DNA of 64,000 nt from Scyliorhinus canicula. Lineage: Eukaryota. The stretch spans positions 248,001 through 312,000 of the forward strand of contig NW_024055479.1 of NCBI RefSeq assembly GCF_902713615.1. The letters are read 5' to 3'. A program made the translations under genes and the position numbers. Shown in pieces: positions 11,031 through 24,244 of the stretch. The notes under the pieces were generated by a model. That model was not told the DNA's origin. It saw nothing but the letters and a program-made list of their open reading frames with translations, and searched no databases. How positions within the stretch are numbered: position 1 is the stretch's first letter; each line of letters starts with the position of its first letter.

Positions 11031-12079
11031 GCCAAAAGATAAAGGGGTGACTGTTTTTGTGGAGGGATGGATGTTGGTTGGATGCCTGAACAATTTGATT
11101 GCGGAATCAGTGACTGGGGTTGATGGATGGATAGATAGTCTGAAAGATGTTGTTCCACATTCTCAATTTTGCACTTGATAAATTAAAGCAGGTCCATTAT
11201 AATTTGTGTCAGTGTAATACATTCGGTGGCTCAAGCTTTTCTGAGTGAATTGCATCCCCAGACTATCGGGAACTGATGAGATGGACGTCACTAAGAGGAA
11301 ACTGCAGATATTCCTGCGGTTCTGGCGATTCTTCTCCGCTGATGGCGTATCTTCATCTTAACGGAAAGCGGGAACATGATTACATTGAGGAGGGACGGCT
11401 GTAATTTTTGCAACATGTGGTCATTTCGTGTACAATAGGTCACTCAATATGTCCTCGCCCAAATCAATAAGACACCAGACTTGGAACCGAAATCCTGTGA
11501 AACCCGGTGGACAGCTGCAGACGTTGAATTACTTTTCCATAACAAATCCATATTTAGAGATTCATTAACGTAACATTAGGTACAGGTATTTTCGTTTCTA
11601 CCATCACTTTAAAAATCATCTCACACTCCAGTCTGCAGATTCTGTGTGACGATGAGGCGATTACTGACCAATACAGCGCAGAGGCTGCTGGGAAGCTGCA
11701 CATTATCCTCGGTGTGGTTTGATTCCATTTCACATTGAATTCCGATGAAGATGTGACTTCCTGGTGACAGAATGGTCAATGCTATCTCAATTACGTTTAA
11801 TCTCAATACATGATGTTAAACATACCAATAAAGAAATGAGGACCAGAAGTCGGAAATTCAGCCCTTCGAGCCTGCTCCGCCATTCAATCATCATGGCTGA
11901 TCTCTTCCTGGTCTCAAATCCACCTCCCTTAAATGAATTGCATTTACATTTTGTGAAAGAAAGTGCGGATCATAATTGGTGAACATAACTTTTTATGTTG
12001 TGAGTTGATGATAATTGATTAATGTCATTATTTAACTTTGTGAAATATGACAATTGGTAATATTAGCCACGGAATTACG

Positions 12080-12835
12080 AAACAATGACCATCTCCAGCA
12101 AAATAGAATCTAACCATCGCTCCTTGACATTCACTGATATTGCGATTGCGGAATCCCCAATTATCAATATCATGGGGTTACCATTGACCAGAAACTGTAC
12201 TGGACTGACCATATAAATGCTGAGGATACAAGATACGGTCAGCGTCTCGGAAGCCTGCGGCGAGCAACTCACCTCCTGACTCCCAAAGCCTGTTCACCAT
12301 CTGCAAGGCACGAGTCAGGACTGTTGAATACACTGACACCTTCCAGGCCAAAGCAGCTCCGCTTGATTGCCACCCTATGCGCAAACACTCATTCCATCCA
12401 CTACCGAAGCACAATGACAATAATGTACCATCCACATGATGAGCTGCAGGAACGCAGCAAGTCTCCCTTGAAACACTTTCTAAACCCAGGACCATTACCT
12501 TCCAGAAGGAAAAGGCAGCAAGCACATGGGAAGATGACCACTTGGAAATTCCCCTCCAAATCTTAAAGTCCCTGCTCTGCTGACGATGTCGAATGTTTAT
12601 TGAGATTGATGAAAGTAAGGTGAAGAGATCTACCTCCAAATCACTCACTATCCTGACTTGGAAATATATCACCGAATATGCGCTGGTTCAAAAACCTACA
12701 GCTTCCTCCCTAACAGCATCGTCGGTGTACCTACACCAGAGTGACTGCAGAGGTTGAAACAGGCAGTTCACCGCCTCTTTGTGAAAGGCAATTAGCGATG
12801 GACAATAAGTCATGGCCTAGCCCTCGGCGGCCACA
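12080..12835 (+). mobile_element. CR1/L2-group LINE, 3' part of RT plus tail (decayed)
   Basis: Frameshifted translation resembles MTIS..ESNH..LTF...IAESPIINI.GVTIDQKL.WT.HIN; 3' tail similar to the SINE tail at 56700-56800. Confidence 0.7.
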
Positions 12836-15269
12836 CCGTATAATTTAATTTAAAACTGTACTTTGTGGAACGGTGGCAATTTGTGAATCTAATTAATTAT
12901 ATTCATAAATGAATGAAATTGGTGAATATAATTGCTACGTTTCTGATCAGTTATGACCTATGCCTTCTCTGCTGGAAGACATAATCCATCCCACAGGAGA
13001 TTCATGATGCAAAATCATAACCAATATCTGAAAACAAAGTGGACAGAGGAGACTGCAGCAACTAGTGACATATCTCACTCATAGCAGCACTGGGAAGGCC
13101 TTTCCAATGGTCACACTTTAAACACTTCACCTGCTTGCAGGCCGAATGTTGCTGGAAGAAAGGGGCTGTGTTTGCGTCGCAAGATTTACTCTGGACATAA
13201 TCTGCTCCCTATACCACATGCCTACCTCTTCACCTTACGTTCGTCAATCTCAAAAAAAATTCGACACTGTCAGTGGAGTGGGGACTATATGATTTGGGGA
13301 AAATTGTCTGTCTGCCTAAGCTCCCCTCTCGCATTCACTCCTTCCACGGCAAAATGCACTGCACTGTACCGATTGATGATTCCACTTCAGAATAATTCTA
13401 AGTGAATAATTGAATGAAAGAGGACCGCGTACCACACCCAACTCTATTCGGCAGCTTCCTCTCCATGCTGCTGATCTTCGCCTTCCCTGAAGATATGGAT
13501 GACTCCACTTGCACACTCGGTCAGGCTGCAACCTCGGCAACCTTTCAGTTATCAAAGCGGAGACATAATCACAATACATCCTCATCAGAGAATTCCTCTC
13601 CGCTGAAAGTTGGATCATCCAAACAAAACATCATCTTCAGAGACTCATGGACTCTGTCCTCGGTGCCTGGTAACTTGTTCTTCCTTACCATATGCATGAG
13701 GAAAACCTTGGCAGTGGGACAAGGTGTTGCACTCTCGCCATGGTCACACTAAATAAGAGCCGGTGAGCAGATTCTGCTCTCGAGATTCCATGGTGAGAGA
13801 CTGCCTTGATGTAGAATGTGATGCTGTCATGGAGAAAGCAGATATGACCTTTGTTTTACTCGTTGAATGCTCATGGAATAACATCAAACTGATCCTTTGA
13901 AACACGCAGATGGTTTATAAGGCCTGAACGCCCAGAACCTTCTTGTATGGCTGTGAAACAGGGAACACCTGCACCTGTCAAGAAAAATAACTCAGCCAAT
14001 TTCATCTTTGTTGTCCGCAATGCATTATGGATATTTACTGGCCGGCCACAATCAGAAATGCGGCAGTTTTCTCAAAGACAGAGTTTGCAATTCTCTTCAA
14101 GACAATTAAAAGGAGATGGTTTGCACATTTCCAGTCTGGTCCCTAAATGGGACATAGTCACACGACCAAGGAATTTCCACTTTGCGAAGTAGCCGGAGCC
14201 ACGCACCCAGTGAGAAAGCCGATATCCCGCTTCAAGCATTTTTCCAAGTGCGATATAATGTCCCGAAACCTAAACATTGATCATCACAATCGGGTGTCAC
14301 CATCTGCAAACTGAAAAAAATGGCGACACCTTCGGTGGGCTGGTGTGAACCACCAGGACCAGTGGATTTAGCAGCTTTGAAATGGACGCAAACCGAGAAA
14401 ATGGCAACCCAGAACGACAACTGGGCTACATTTGTGGAAATATTTGCGGTGTATCTATTGGAAATAGAAGGATGCCGTGGCCTTTGTGAAATTTAGTTGT
14501 ACGCAACGTGTCTTTCACACAAACACAGCCACACACACAGTCTCTCACAGACGCACTCTCTCTGTCTTACACGCACACCCACATTTCCCCTTTAAAATTA
14601 AAATCCCATGTTAACCTCCTGGGAAGCTCCGGAGACAATGGCCCCAACCATCTTCCTGGTGGTATAATGAATGAATAAAATCTGCCCAACCCTATGCTTG
14701 TTAGATGAATCTTACATTTCCCATGGACTCCATACAGCGCCCAGGTAAACATTCCTCTATTTAACAAAGATGAACAAAAACGCGTGACCAGGAATTGAGC
14801 CGCTTTGCTCTGGTGCTGAACTCAATGTGGGAGAATCAGCCAGCGACACCTGCAATTAGTTACACCTTAAATTTTGGCACCTCCCGTCGAAGGCGATGTG
14901 ATATTACATTTGTGCAAATGGATTATGGATACATCGACATTATGGATTATTCCTGACAGCAACATTTTCACAGTAACTGCAATTGCAAAGTTTGGCCAGC
15001 AGATGGAATTTAAATCGAGATGCCTTGCATCACATGAAGCAGACATTGCCTCAATAATTACTGCTGCCTCTGCTAATTTTACATTGGACTCCATCTGTAT
15101 TTTTGTTAGGCTAGACACTGTCTTTGTTTTTATACACGACACTCTGTTTCAATTAATACTGCACCAGTACTTGTCAATGTTTATATCACACAGTCAATGT
15201 GATCCTATTTTCAATATGCAGGATCTGTCTCTGCAGTTTTGCCTCATCCAGTCCTGAATAGTAATGAAT

Positions 15270-15872
15270 AAAGAAACAAAAGGCCAGAATAGGAGCCTCA
15301 ATAAAAGTCCCTTCTTCAATGATGCGGGAGCCCAGCACGTCAGTGCAAAAAACAAGAGGGAAAGTTTCTGCCAGAGGTGCCGAGAGGATGATCCATCTCG
15401 GCCTCCTCCGGTGGTCTGCATCATCATGGATGTCAGTCTTCAGCAAATTAGATCCCTCCACACGATATCAAGAAACGGCTGACGGCGCTGCTAATGCATT
15501 ATCCCTGGCAACATTCTAGCAGCAATACTGAAGATGTGTGGCCTGGAACTGGCTGCGCCCCAGACAAGTTGCTCCAGTGCAGCTATAGCACTGACACGTA
15601 CCCAACAATGTGTAACATTGCCAAACATGACCCATCCACATAAGGCAGGAAAAATCCAACCCGGCCAATTATTGGCCCATCAATCTGCATTCGATCATCA
15701 GCAACCTCATGAAAAATGTCAAGGATCATCCTGTCACGTATAGTGTCCCAGCACAGTGCCCCCGGCCCTAGTTTCACCCTTCATCATAAGGTCAGAAATG
15801 GGGATGTTCATTGATGATTACCCAATGTTCTGCACCATATTCGATTCCTCAAATACTGAAGCAGTATTGCTT
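15270..15872 (+). mobile_element. CR1/L2-group LINE RT fragment (decayed)
   Basis: Degenerate NDAGAQHVSAK...DDPSRPPP...NPANY.PI and SEMGMFIDD segments. Confidence 0.7.
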
Positions 15873-15874
15873 CT

Positions 15875-18193
15875 AATGCGTAAGAGGTAGACTACATTGG
15901 TTGAGTCGCATGGGTATGTGCCACGTTCCTGGTGGGTGGTGTTACCACATGTAATGGTGGTATCCAAGTCGATGATCTGGCATGTCTTGCAGAGATTGCC
16001 CTGGCAGGGTTGTGTGGTGTCGTAGTTGCTGTTCTGAAGGCTGGGTAATTTGCTGCAAATCATTGGTTTGTTTGAGGTTGCGGTTGTTTGAAGGCCAGTA
16101 GTGGGGGTGTGGGGATGACCTTGGCAAGATGTTCATCTTCATTGATGATGTGTTGAAGGCTGTGAAGAAGATGTCGTAGTTTCTCCGCCCCAGGAAAGTA
16201 CTGGACGACGAAGGGTACTCTGTCAGTGGTGTCCCGTGTTTGTCTTCTGAGGAGGTCGGTGCGGTTTTTTGCTGTGGCGTGTTGCAACTGTCGATCGATG
16301 AGTCGAGCGCCATATCCCGTTCGTACGAGAGCATCTTTGAGCATCTGTAGGTGTCTGTTACGCTCCTCCTCGTCTGAGCAGATCCTGTGTATACGGAGGG
16401 CTTGTCCATAGGGGATGGCTTCTTTAATGTGTTTCGGGTGAAAGCTGGAGAAGTGGAGCATCGTGAGGTTGTCTGTGGGCTTGCGGTAAAGCGAAGTGCT
16501 AAGATGAGCGTCCTTGATGGAGATGAGTGTGTCCAAGAATGCAACAGAATTTGAGAATAGTCCATGGTGAGTCTGATGGTGGGATGGAATTTATTGATCT
16601 CATTGTGTAGTCGTTTCAGTGATTCTTTGCTGTGGGTCCAAAGGAAAAAAATGTAATCAATGTATCTTTTGGATAACATCGGTTGCGGGTCCTGTGTGGT
16701 GAGGAAGTCTTGTTCAAACTTGTGCATGAAGATGTTGGCATATTGAGGTGCAAATTTGGTCCCCATGGCTGTTCCATGCATCTGGGTGAAGAATTTGTTG
16801 TCGAAGGTGAAGACGTTGTGATCTAGAATGAAGCGGATGAGTTGCAGAATTGGGTCTGGAGATTGGCAGTTGTCAGTGTTGAGGACTGAGGCTGTTGCAG
16901 CAATGCCGTCGTCATGGGGGATGCTGGTGTAGAGTGCCGAGACATCCATTGTGACAAGGAATGTTCCTGGTTCAACTGGTCCATGGGTGCTGAGTTTCTG
17001 TAGGAAGTCCATCGTGTCACGACAGAAGCTGGGTGTACCTTGTACGATGGGTTTCAAGATGCCCTCGATGTGGCCAGAGAGGTTCTCATACAGGGTCCCA
17101 TTGCCTGAAACGATAGGATGGTGTGTTGGCCTTGTGTATTTTCGGGAGGCAGTAGAGATCTCCAATGCGGGGATTACGTGGGATGAGAGCACGTAGGGTG
17201 CTCTGCAGGTCTGGATCCAAGGTCCTGATCAGTCTGTTGAGTTGGCGGATGTGTTCCTTGGTTGGATCTGTGGGTAACTGTCTGTAATGTTCCTGGTTGT
17301 TGAGTTGTCAGTATACTTCTTTGCAGTAGTCCGTTCTATTCAGTATGACGGTGGCCCGTCCTTAGTCTGCTGGTTTGATGACGATGTTGCAGTTGGTTTT
17401 GACAGCGCGGATGGCGTTGGGTTGTACTTTGGTGACGTTCGGGGCTGCCTTGTGAATGCGACTGATGAATCTGGCATTGACACGACTTCTGACGGCTTCA
17501 GCATACATGTTGAGTCTGGGGCAGCGGCCTTCCGGAGGGGTCCAATTCGACTCTTTCCTTTTCGTTTGCTGCACCGTAGATCTCGCTGTCTGCTGTTCCG
17601 GTTCATTGGTCGTCTACTTGGGTTCGCTGTCGGCCTCTTGGGGTCTGTGGAAGAATTCCCGGAGCCTCATTCGCCTGATGAATTCCTCCGTGTCTGCCGC
17701 GATACTGATGGGGTCCATTTTGGTGGTGCTGCTGAAATTGAGCCCTCTGCTGAGGACTTTGATTTCATCTGGTTGAAGGGTGTAGTCTGACAAGTTGACA
17801 ATAGATTTCCCTGTATTGTTTTCAACTGTGGTACTGGGGGAGGCTTGGTTGCTGCTGGTGGTGATGCCGAGTTTCTCAAGCTTCCTGTTCTTGGTGTGCA
17901 TATAGGTAGCACAGTATCGTTGTCTCACCTGTTTGGCGGTGTTATGCAGCTGGTCTGCTGAGCGCAATTTGAGAATATGGCCTCTATCTTGGTTTCCAGG
18001 TTGCGTCGACTGCTGTAGAGCTGGTGTACGAGGTGTTTGAGGCGTGTGACAGAGGTGCGGCGGCAGAGTCTTTCAGTCTGTGTTGTAGGTCGACTTGAGT
18101 GGGTTTGTGATCAGTAGCCCTTTCGGGATCTTGTCTGCTTTTTTGCATCTTTGTAGAAACTTAATGCCAGTGTCTATATGCGCAATCTTCCTG
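15875..18193 (-). mobile_element. Penelope-like retroelement: N-terminal domain, RT and truncated GIY-YIG; inactive
   Basis: IVNLSDYTLQPDEIKVLSRGLNF (17614..17967); MDVSALYTSIPH, GTAMGTKFAPQYANIFM and RYIDY (catalytic YIDD mutated) in 15942..17192; CKTCQ...VVYL at the truncated end; several frameshifts. Confidence 0.92.
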
Positions 18194-18576
18194 GCAGCAT
18201 CCCCCATGACGACGGCATTGCTGCAACAGGCTCAGTCCTCAACACCGACAACTTCCACAACAGGGATCTTGGATTCATGTCGCATTACATCCACCCCCCA
18301 CCATCAGGCCTGGACTTGAAAAACCCTACCAACTGTTCGGGCTTGAGACAATTTACACCTCTTTAACCTGTGATTATCCCTCTCCCTGGATCTGCAATGA
18401 TTTGATTACCTGCAAATGCCTGCATTCCAAGCATTGTCCAGCATCTCTGACTTTGTCTATATAAATGTTTCGGGAACATACCTCGCCATTCACCTGAGGA
18501 AGGAGCTGCGCTCCGAAAGCTCGTGTTTGAATCAAACCTGTTGGACTTTAACCTTGTGTTGTAAGACTTCTTACTG
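18194..18576 (+). mobile_element. Inverted Penelope segment: short RT piece, ORF C-terminus (NRDLGFMSHY) and 3' terminal repeat
   Basis: 18194-18255 is the reverse complement of ~16865-16925; the 3' part matches the terminal repeats at 35911-36014 and 26960-27085. Confidence 0.85.
18491..18525 (+). ncRNA. Minimal type-I hammerhead ribozyme in the Penelope terminal repeat
   Basis: CAC-CTGAGGA-A-GGAGC-TGC-GCTCC-GAAA-GCTC-GTG: core, 5-bp stem II, palindromic AGCT stem III and CAC/GTG stem I. Confidence 0.75.
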
Positions 18577-18949
18577 TGGAGGGTGGTTCACATCAGACGA
18601 TAAGGGAGGGGGACAATAAATAAGAGCTGACACTTTGCACTCAAATCAGTGAGTACTCTGATCTCTGGCAAGGAAGGAAACCCTGGCAGGTGGGTGGGGC
18701 GGATTCACAAACACCCGCTGGAGGCCCCAAACCCCCAATAAGACCCATTGATTTTATTGTCAGTCTGCAGACAAGAGCTGGAGAACTGAACCCAAGCAGA
18801 GGAGAGGGAGGGAGAAAACTGGGAGTGGAGGAAAGAAATGGTGCAGATAGTGAGATGTGTTTGCATTTCAGCCCAGGGAGGAGGGAGAGTGTGTGGGATT
18901 TACAGCTTTGGGGGAACAAGAGAGGAAAAAATGTTCCAGAGAAACTAGA

Positions 18950-19140
18950 ATTGCCTGTTCAGAATTTCTATCCTGGACTGACAGTGATGGCTTTTGTAAA
19001 CTCCTTTTACAGGATATTAGAGTTGGAGAATTTGCACACAACAAACTGAACCCAACGGAAAGGTTTGTCTCTTTGCGAATTCTATCCTGCATTGACAGTG
19101 ATGACTTTTGTAACATGAGAGATTACAGCTCTCAGGAAAG
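18950..19140 (+). pseudogene. Zinc-finger-family splice-acceptor cassette and exon start (duplicated); probable 5' remnant of the ZNF at 22111
   Basis: AATTTCTATCCTGGACTGACAGTGATGGCTTTTGTAAACTCCTTTTACAG|GATATTAG; similar cassettes precede ZNF exons at ~35670, ~53300 and, reversed, ~30170-30240 and ~41490-41520. Confidence 0.55.
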
Positions 19141-19174
19141 ATTAAATGGAGCGGGGGGTGATGTGAGAGAGTGA

Positions 19175-19356
19175 CCATGGTTTAGCACACTGGGCTAAAT
19201 CGCTGGCTTTCAAAGATGACCAACGTAGGCCAGCAGAACGGTTCAATTCCTGTACCAGCCTTCCCGAACAGGCGCCAGAATGTGGCAACTACGGGCTCTT
19301 CACAGTAACTTCATTTGAAGCCCATGTGTGACAATAAGAGATTTTCATTTCATTTC
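19175..19356 (+). mobile_element. Short tRNA-derived SINE with GTGACAATAAG...(TTTCA)n tail
   Basis: Same family as the minus copies at 19469-19626 and 25682-25875. Confidence 0.75.
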
Positions 19357-19468
19357 AATAAACAAGTCATAAATACAAGATAGTTATGAATAAATCCAAG
19401 GGAACAATACAGACAAAATTATTTATGACTGGTTCAGAATGTGCAACTCATTACCATGGAAAGGAATT

Positions 19469-19626
19469 GAAAATGAAATGAAAGTCGCTTATTGTCACCA
19501 GTAGGTCTCAGTGAAGTTACTGTGAAAAGCCCCCAGTCGCCACATTCCGGCGCCTGTCCGGGGAGGCTGGTACGGGAATTGAACTGTGTTGCTGGCTTGC
19601 CTTGGTCTGCTTTCAAAGCCAGCGAG
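19469..19626 (-). mobile_element. Short tRNA-derived SINE, inverted relative to the neighbouring copy
   Basis: Reverse-complement match to 19175-19356. Confidence 0.75.
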
Positions 19627-19823
19627 GAAAGTGCTGAGATGTTTTCAAAAGGAAACGGGGCAAGGACGTGAGAGAAATTGGAATTGAAATCAGCTGAAAG
19701 GCTGAGATTTGATCGGTGTGACAGTCGGAGATGTGTGCCAAGTATTGACAGCAGCAGAATCTGTGACAGAATGGCCTGTTTGTGTCTTATATATTCACAG
19801 TATTTCAATGTAATCTCCTTTTT

Positions 19824-22110
19824 ACATAAGAACATAAGAACTAGGAGCAGGAGTAGGCCATCTGGCCCCTCCAGCCTGGTCCGCCATTCAATTAGATCGT
19901 GGCTGATCTTTTGTGGACTCAGCTCCACTTTCCGGCCCGAACACCATAACCCTTAATCCCTTTATTCTTCAAAAAACTATCAATCTTTACCTTAAAAACA
20001 TGTAATGAAGGAGCCTCAACTGCTTCACTGGGCAAGGAATTCCATAGATTCACAACCCTTTGGGTGAAGAAGTCCCTCCTAAACTCAGTCCTAAATCTAC
20101 TTCCCCTTATTTTGAGGCTATGTCCCCTAGTTCTGCTGTCACCCGCCAGTGGAAACAACCTGCCCGCATTTATCCTAGCTATTCCCTTCATAATTTTAAA
20201 TGTTTCTATAAGATCCCCCCTCATCCTTCTAAATTCCAACGAGTACAGTCCCAGTCTACTCAACCTCTCCTCATAATCCAACCCCTTCAGCTCTGGGATT
20301 AACCTAGTGAATATCCTCTGCACACCCTCCAGCGCCAGTACGTCCTTTCTCAAGTAAGGAGACCAAAACTGAACACAATACTCCAGGTGTGGCCGCACTA
20401 ACACCTTATACAATTGCAACATAAACTCCCTAGTCTTAAACACCATCCCTCTAGCAATGAAGGACAAAATTCCATTTGCCTTCTTAATCACCTGTTGCAC
20501 TTGTAAACCAACCTTCTGTGACTCATGCACTAGCACACCCAAGTCTCTCTGAACAGCGGCATGCTTTAATATTTTATCGTTTAAATAATAATCCTGTTTG
20601 CTGTTATTCCTACCAAAATGGATAACCTCACATTTGTCAACATTGTATTCCATCTGCCAGACCCTAGCCCATTCACTTAACCTATCCAAATCCCTCTGCA
20701 GACTTCCAGTATCCTCTGCACTTTTCGCTTTACCACTCATCTTAGTGTCATCTGCAAACTTGGACACATTGCCCTTGGTCCCCAACTCCAAATCATCTAT
20801 GTAAATTGTGAACAATTGTGGGCCCAACACGGATCCCTGAGGGACACAACTAGCTACTGATTGCCAACCAGAGAAACACCCATTAATCCCCACTCTTTGC
20901 TTTCTATTAATTAACCAATCCTCTATCCATCCTACTACTTTACCCGTAATGCCATGCATCTTTATCTTATGCAGCAACCTTTTGTGTGGCACCTTGTCAA
21001 AGGCTTTCTGGAAATCCAGATATACCACATCCATCGGCTCCCCGTTATCTAATGCACTGGTAATGTCCTCAAAAAATTCCACTTAATTAGTTAGGCATGA
21101 CCTGCCCTTTATGAACCCATGCTGCGTCTGCCCAATGGGACAATTTCTATCCAGATGCCTCGCAATTTCTTCCTTGATGATAGATTCCAGCATCTTCCCT
21201 ACTACCGAAGTTAAGCTCACTGGTCTATAATTTCCTGCTTTCTGCCTACCTCCTTTTTTAAACAGTAGCGTTACGTTTGCTAATTTCCAATCCACCGGGA
21301 CCACCCCAGAGTCTAGTGAATTTAGGTACATTATCACTAGTGCATCTGCAATTTCCCTAGCCATCTCTTTTAGCACTCTGGGATGCATTCCATCAGGGCC
21401 AGGAGACTTGTCTACCTTTAGCCCCATTAGCTTGCCCATCACTCCCTTCTTTGTGATAACAATCCTCTCAAGGTCCTTACCTTTCATAGCCTCATTTCTA
21501 TCAGTCGCTGGCATGTTATTTGTGTCTTCCACTGTGAAGACCGACCCAAAAAACCTGTTCAGTTCCTCAGCCATTTCCTCATTTCCCATTATTAAAACTC
21601 CCTTCTCATCCTCTAAAGGACCAATATTTACCTTAGCCACTCTTTTTTGTCTTATACATTTGTAAAAACGTTTACTGTCTGTTTTTATATTCTGAGCAAG
21701 TTTACTCTCATACTCTTCTTTATAGCATTTTTAGTAGCTTTCTGTTGCCCCCTAAAGATTTCCCAGTCCTCTAATCTCCCAGCAATCTTTGCCACTTTAT
21801 ATGCTTTTTCCTTCAATTTGATACTCTCCCTTATTTCCTTAGATATCCACGGTCGATTTTCCCTCTTTCTTCCGTCCTTCCTTTTTGTTGGTATAAACCT
21901 TTGCTGAGCACTGTGAAAAATTGCTTGGAAGGTTCTCCACTGTTCCTCAACTGTTCCACCATAAAGTCTTAGCTCCCAGTCTACCTTAGCTAGTTCTTCT
22001 CTCATCCCCTTGTAATCTCCTTTGTTTAAACACAAAACACTTGTATTTGATTTTACTTTCTCACCCTCCAGCTGTATTTTAAATTCCACCATATTGTGAT
22101 CGCTCCATCC
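19824..22110 (-). mobile_element. 5'-truncated CR1 LINE with a nearly intact RT
   Basis: NYRPVSLTSVVGK, YLDFQKAFDKVPH, PQGSVLGP and KFADDTK; one in-frame stop at 21083-21085; (TTCTTATG)n tail at the 19824 end. Confidence 0.95.
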
Positions 22111-23090
22111 GAAAGAGCTTTAAACGCAGAAAGGATTTGCTGACACATCAACGTATTCACACTGGGGAGAGGCCATTCACCTGCTCCGTGTGTGGGAAGG
22201 GATTCACTCTGTCATCCCACCCCCTGATACACCAACTTGTTCATACTGATCAGAGACCGTTTAAATGTGCTGACTGTGGAAAAAGCTTTTAAAGCAGAAA
22301 TAGTTTACTGTTACATCAATGCACTCACACTGGGGAGAGGCCATTCACCTGTTTGGAATGTGGGAAGGGATTTAATGCTTCGTCAAACCTCCGGGATCAC
22401 CATCAGGTTCACTCCGACCAGAGACCGTTTAAATGTGCTGACTGTGAAAAGAGCTTTAAACGCAGAAAGGATTTGTGGGCGCATCAACGCCAACACACTG
22501 GAGAGAAGCCACTCACCTGCTCCGTGTGTGGGAAGGGATTCACTCAGTCATCATTCCTCCTGAGACACCAGCTTGTTCATTCTGATCAGAGACTTTTTAA
22601 ATGTGCTGATTGTGAGAAGAGTTTTAAAAGTAAACAGGATTTACTGAGACACCAACGCACTCACACTGGGGAGAGGCCATTCACCTGCTCCGTGTGTGGG
22701 ATGGGATTCACTCAGTCATCAGACCTCCTGAGACACCAACTTGTCCATACTGATCAGAGACCTTTTAAATGTGCTGACTGTGAAAAAAGCTTTAAACGCA
22801 GAAATGATTTACTGACACATCAACGTACTCACACTGGGGAGAGGCCGTTCACCTGCTCCGTGTGTGGGAAGGGATTCACTCGGTCATCCCACCTCCTGGA
22901 ACACCAGCGAGTTCACACTGGGCAGAGGCCTTACTCTTGCCCCGTGTGTGACAAGAAAATTATTCAGTCATCCCGCCTGATGACACACCAACTTGTTCAC
23001 ATTGATCAGAAACCTTTCAAATGTTCTGACTGAAAAAGTTTTAAAAGTGAACAGCATCTGCTGAAACACCGGCGAGTTTACACTGAAACA
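22111..23090 (+). pseudogene. C2H2 zinc-finger array (~11-12 fingers), 5' end abutting a CR1, with in-frame stops
   Basis: ORF 22353..23033 has 8 fingers with TGE[KR]P and [ST]DQRP linkers; TAA at 22290-22292 in the same frame; premature TGA at 23031-23033. Confidence 0.88.
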
Positions 23091-23411
23091 GAATCATAGA
23101 ATTTACAGTGCAGAAGGAGGGCATTCAGCCCATCGAGTGCGCCGGCCCTTGCAAAGAGCACCTTACTTAAGCCCATACCTCCAACCTAACCCATAACCCC
23201 ACCTAACCTTTTTGGATACTCAGGGCAATTTAGCATGGCCAATCCATCTAATCTGCACATTTTTCGACTTGTGGGAGGAAACTGCAGCACCCGGAGGAAA
23301 CCCACGCAGACAATGGGAGAACGTGCAAACTCCACACAGACTGTAAGCCAAACCGGGAATTCTGGGACCCTGGAGCTTTGAAGCAACAGTGCTAACCACT
23401 GTGCTACCGTG
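23090..23411 (-). mobile_element. HE1-like V-SINE inserted in the ZNF 3' end
   Basis: V-domain plus CR1-type tail; a ZNF-like remnant resumes at ~23412-23520. Confidence 0.85.
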
Positions 23412-23862
23412 TGGCCTACATATGGGAGCGGTACTGGGGAGAGGATGTTTAACTGCTCTGTGCGTGGGAGGAGATTCACTCAGTCAAACAACCTGCACAG
23501 ACATCAGCAAGTTCACAGACAACAGCAGGGTTTGGATTCAGCTGCTGTTGCCGCTGTTAGTCACATCCAGGACTGAATGATGCCTGGATGTCTGTTTCCA
23601 GTGGGGCTCCACAGTTTCCGGTATATATCAGTGATTTAGACTGAAATGTATGCACCAGGATTATGCAAAAGTTGCTGATGTGTTTTAGACAATGAGGGAG
23701 AAAGCCATGGACTGGGTCAGGTGGACTGAAAAGTGGTGAATGGAAATTTAGATAATGAGAGGTTAGGAACACACTTCAGTTAACTCCCGATAAAAAATAA
23801 GGTCACTTCAGGATAATGGAAAAAATTGATTGGTGGGGAAGCTACAAATAATCCTTTTTTTT

Positions 23863-24075
23863 AAAAATAAATAAATTCAGAGTACCCAATTCTTTTTTTT
23901 CCAATTCAGGGGCAATTTAGCCTGGCCAATCCACCTAACCTGCACATCTTTGGGTTGTGGGGGTGAAACCCATGCAGACACGTGGAGAATGTGCAAACTC
24001 TACACGGACAGTGAACCAGGTTCTCAGCGCCGTAGTCCCATTTCCCACTCCTAACCACTGCTCCACGTGCTGCCC
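23863..24075 (-). mobile_element. V-SINE (A-tailed subfamily)
   Basis: AGGGGCAATTTAGCCTGGCCAATCCACCTAACCTGCACATCTTTG core. Confidence 0.85.
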
Positions 24076-24244
24076 TAGCTACAAATAATTCTAATAACTT
24101 TATTGAACAGTTCTCAAATGGAAAGGCACTTGACCACATTAAAACGAAGGATCTGCAATGGACGTTTGATCTAGCAAGTCATATTTAGGGCAAGATTATA
24201 AACAAAGGGCATTCATTTAAAGTGATTAGAAAAAGAAGCAATGC

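Noticed and set aside
11274-11305. CTGATGAG...GAAAC hammerhead-like string
   Set aside because: No stem II can form between the two core segments, and no stem I or III is evident.
9339-14500. Scattered 60-160 aa ORFs upstream of VH
   Set aside because: No recognisable domain or consistent splice pattern; could be very old repeats or unique intergenic DNA. A tBLASTx search would be needed.
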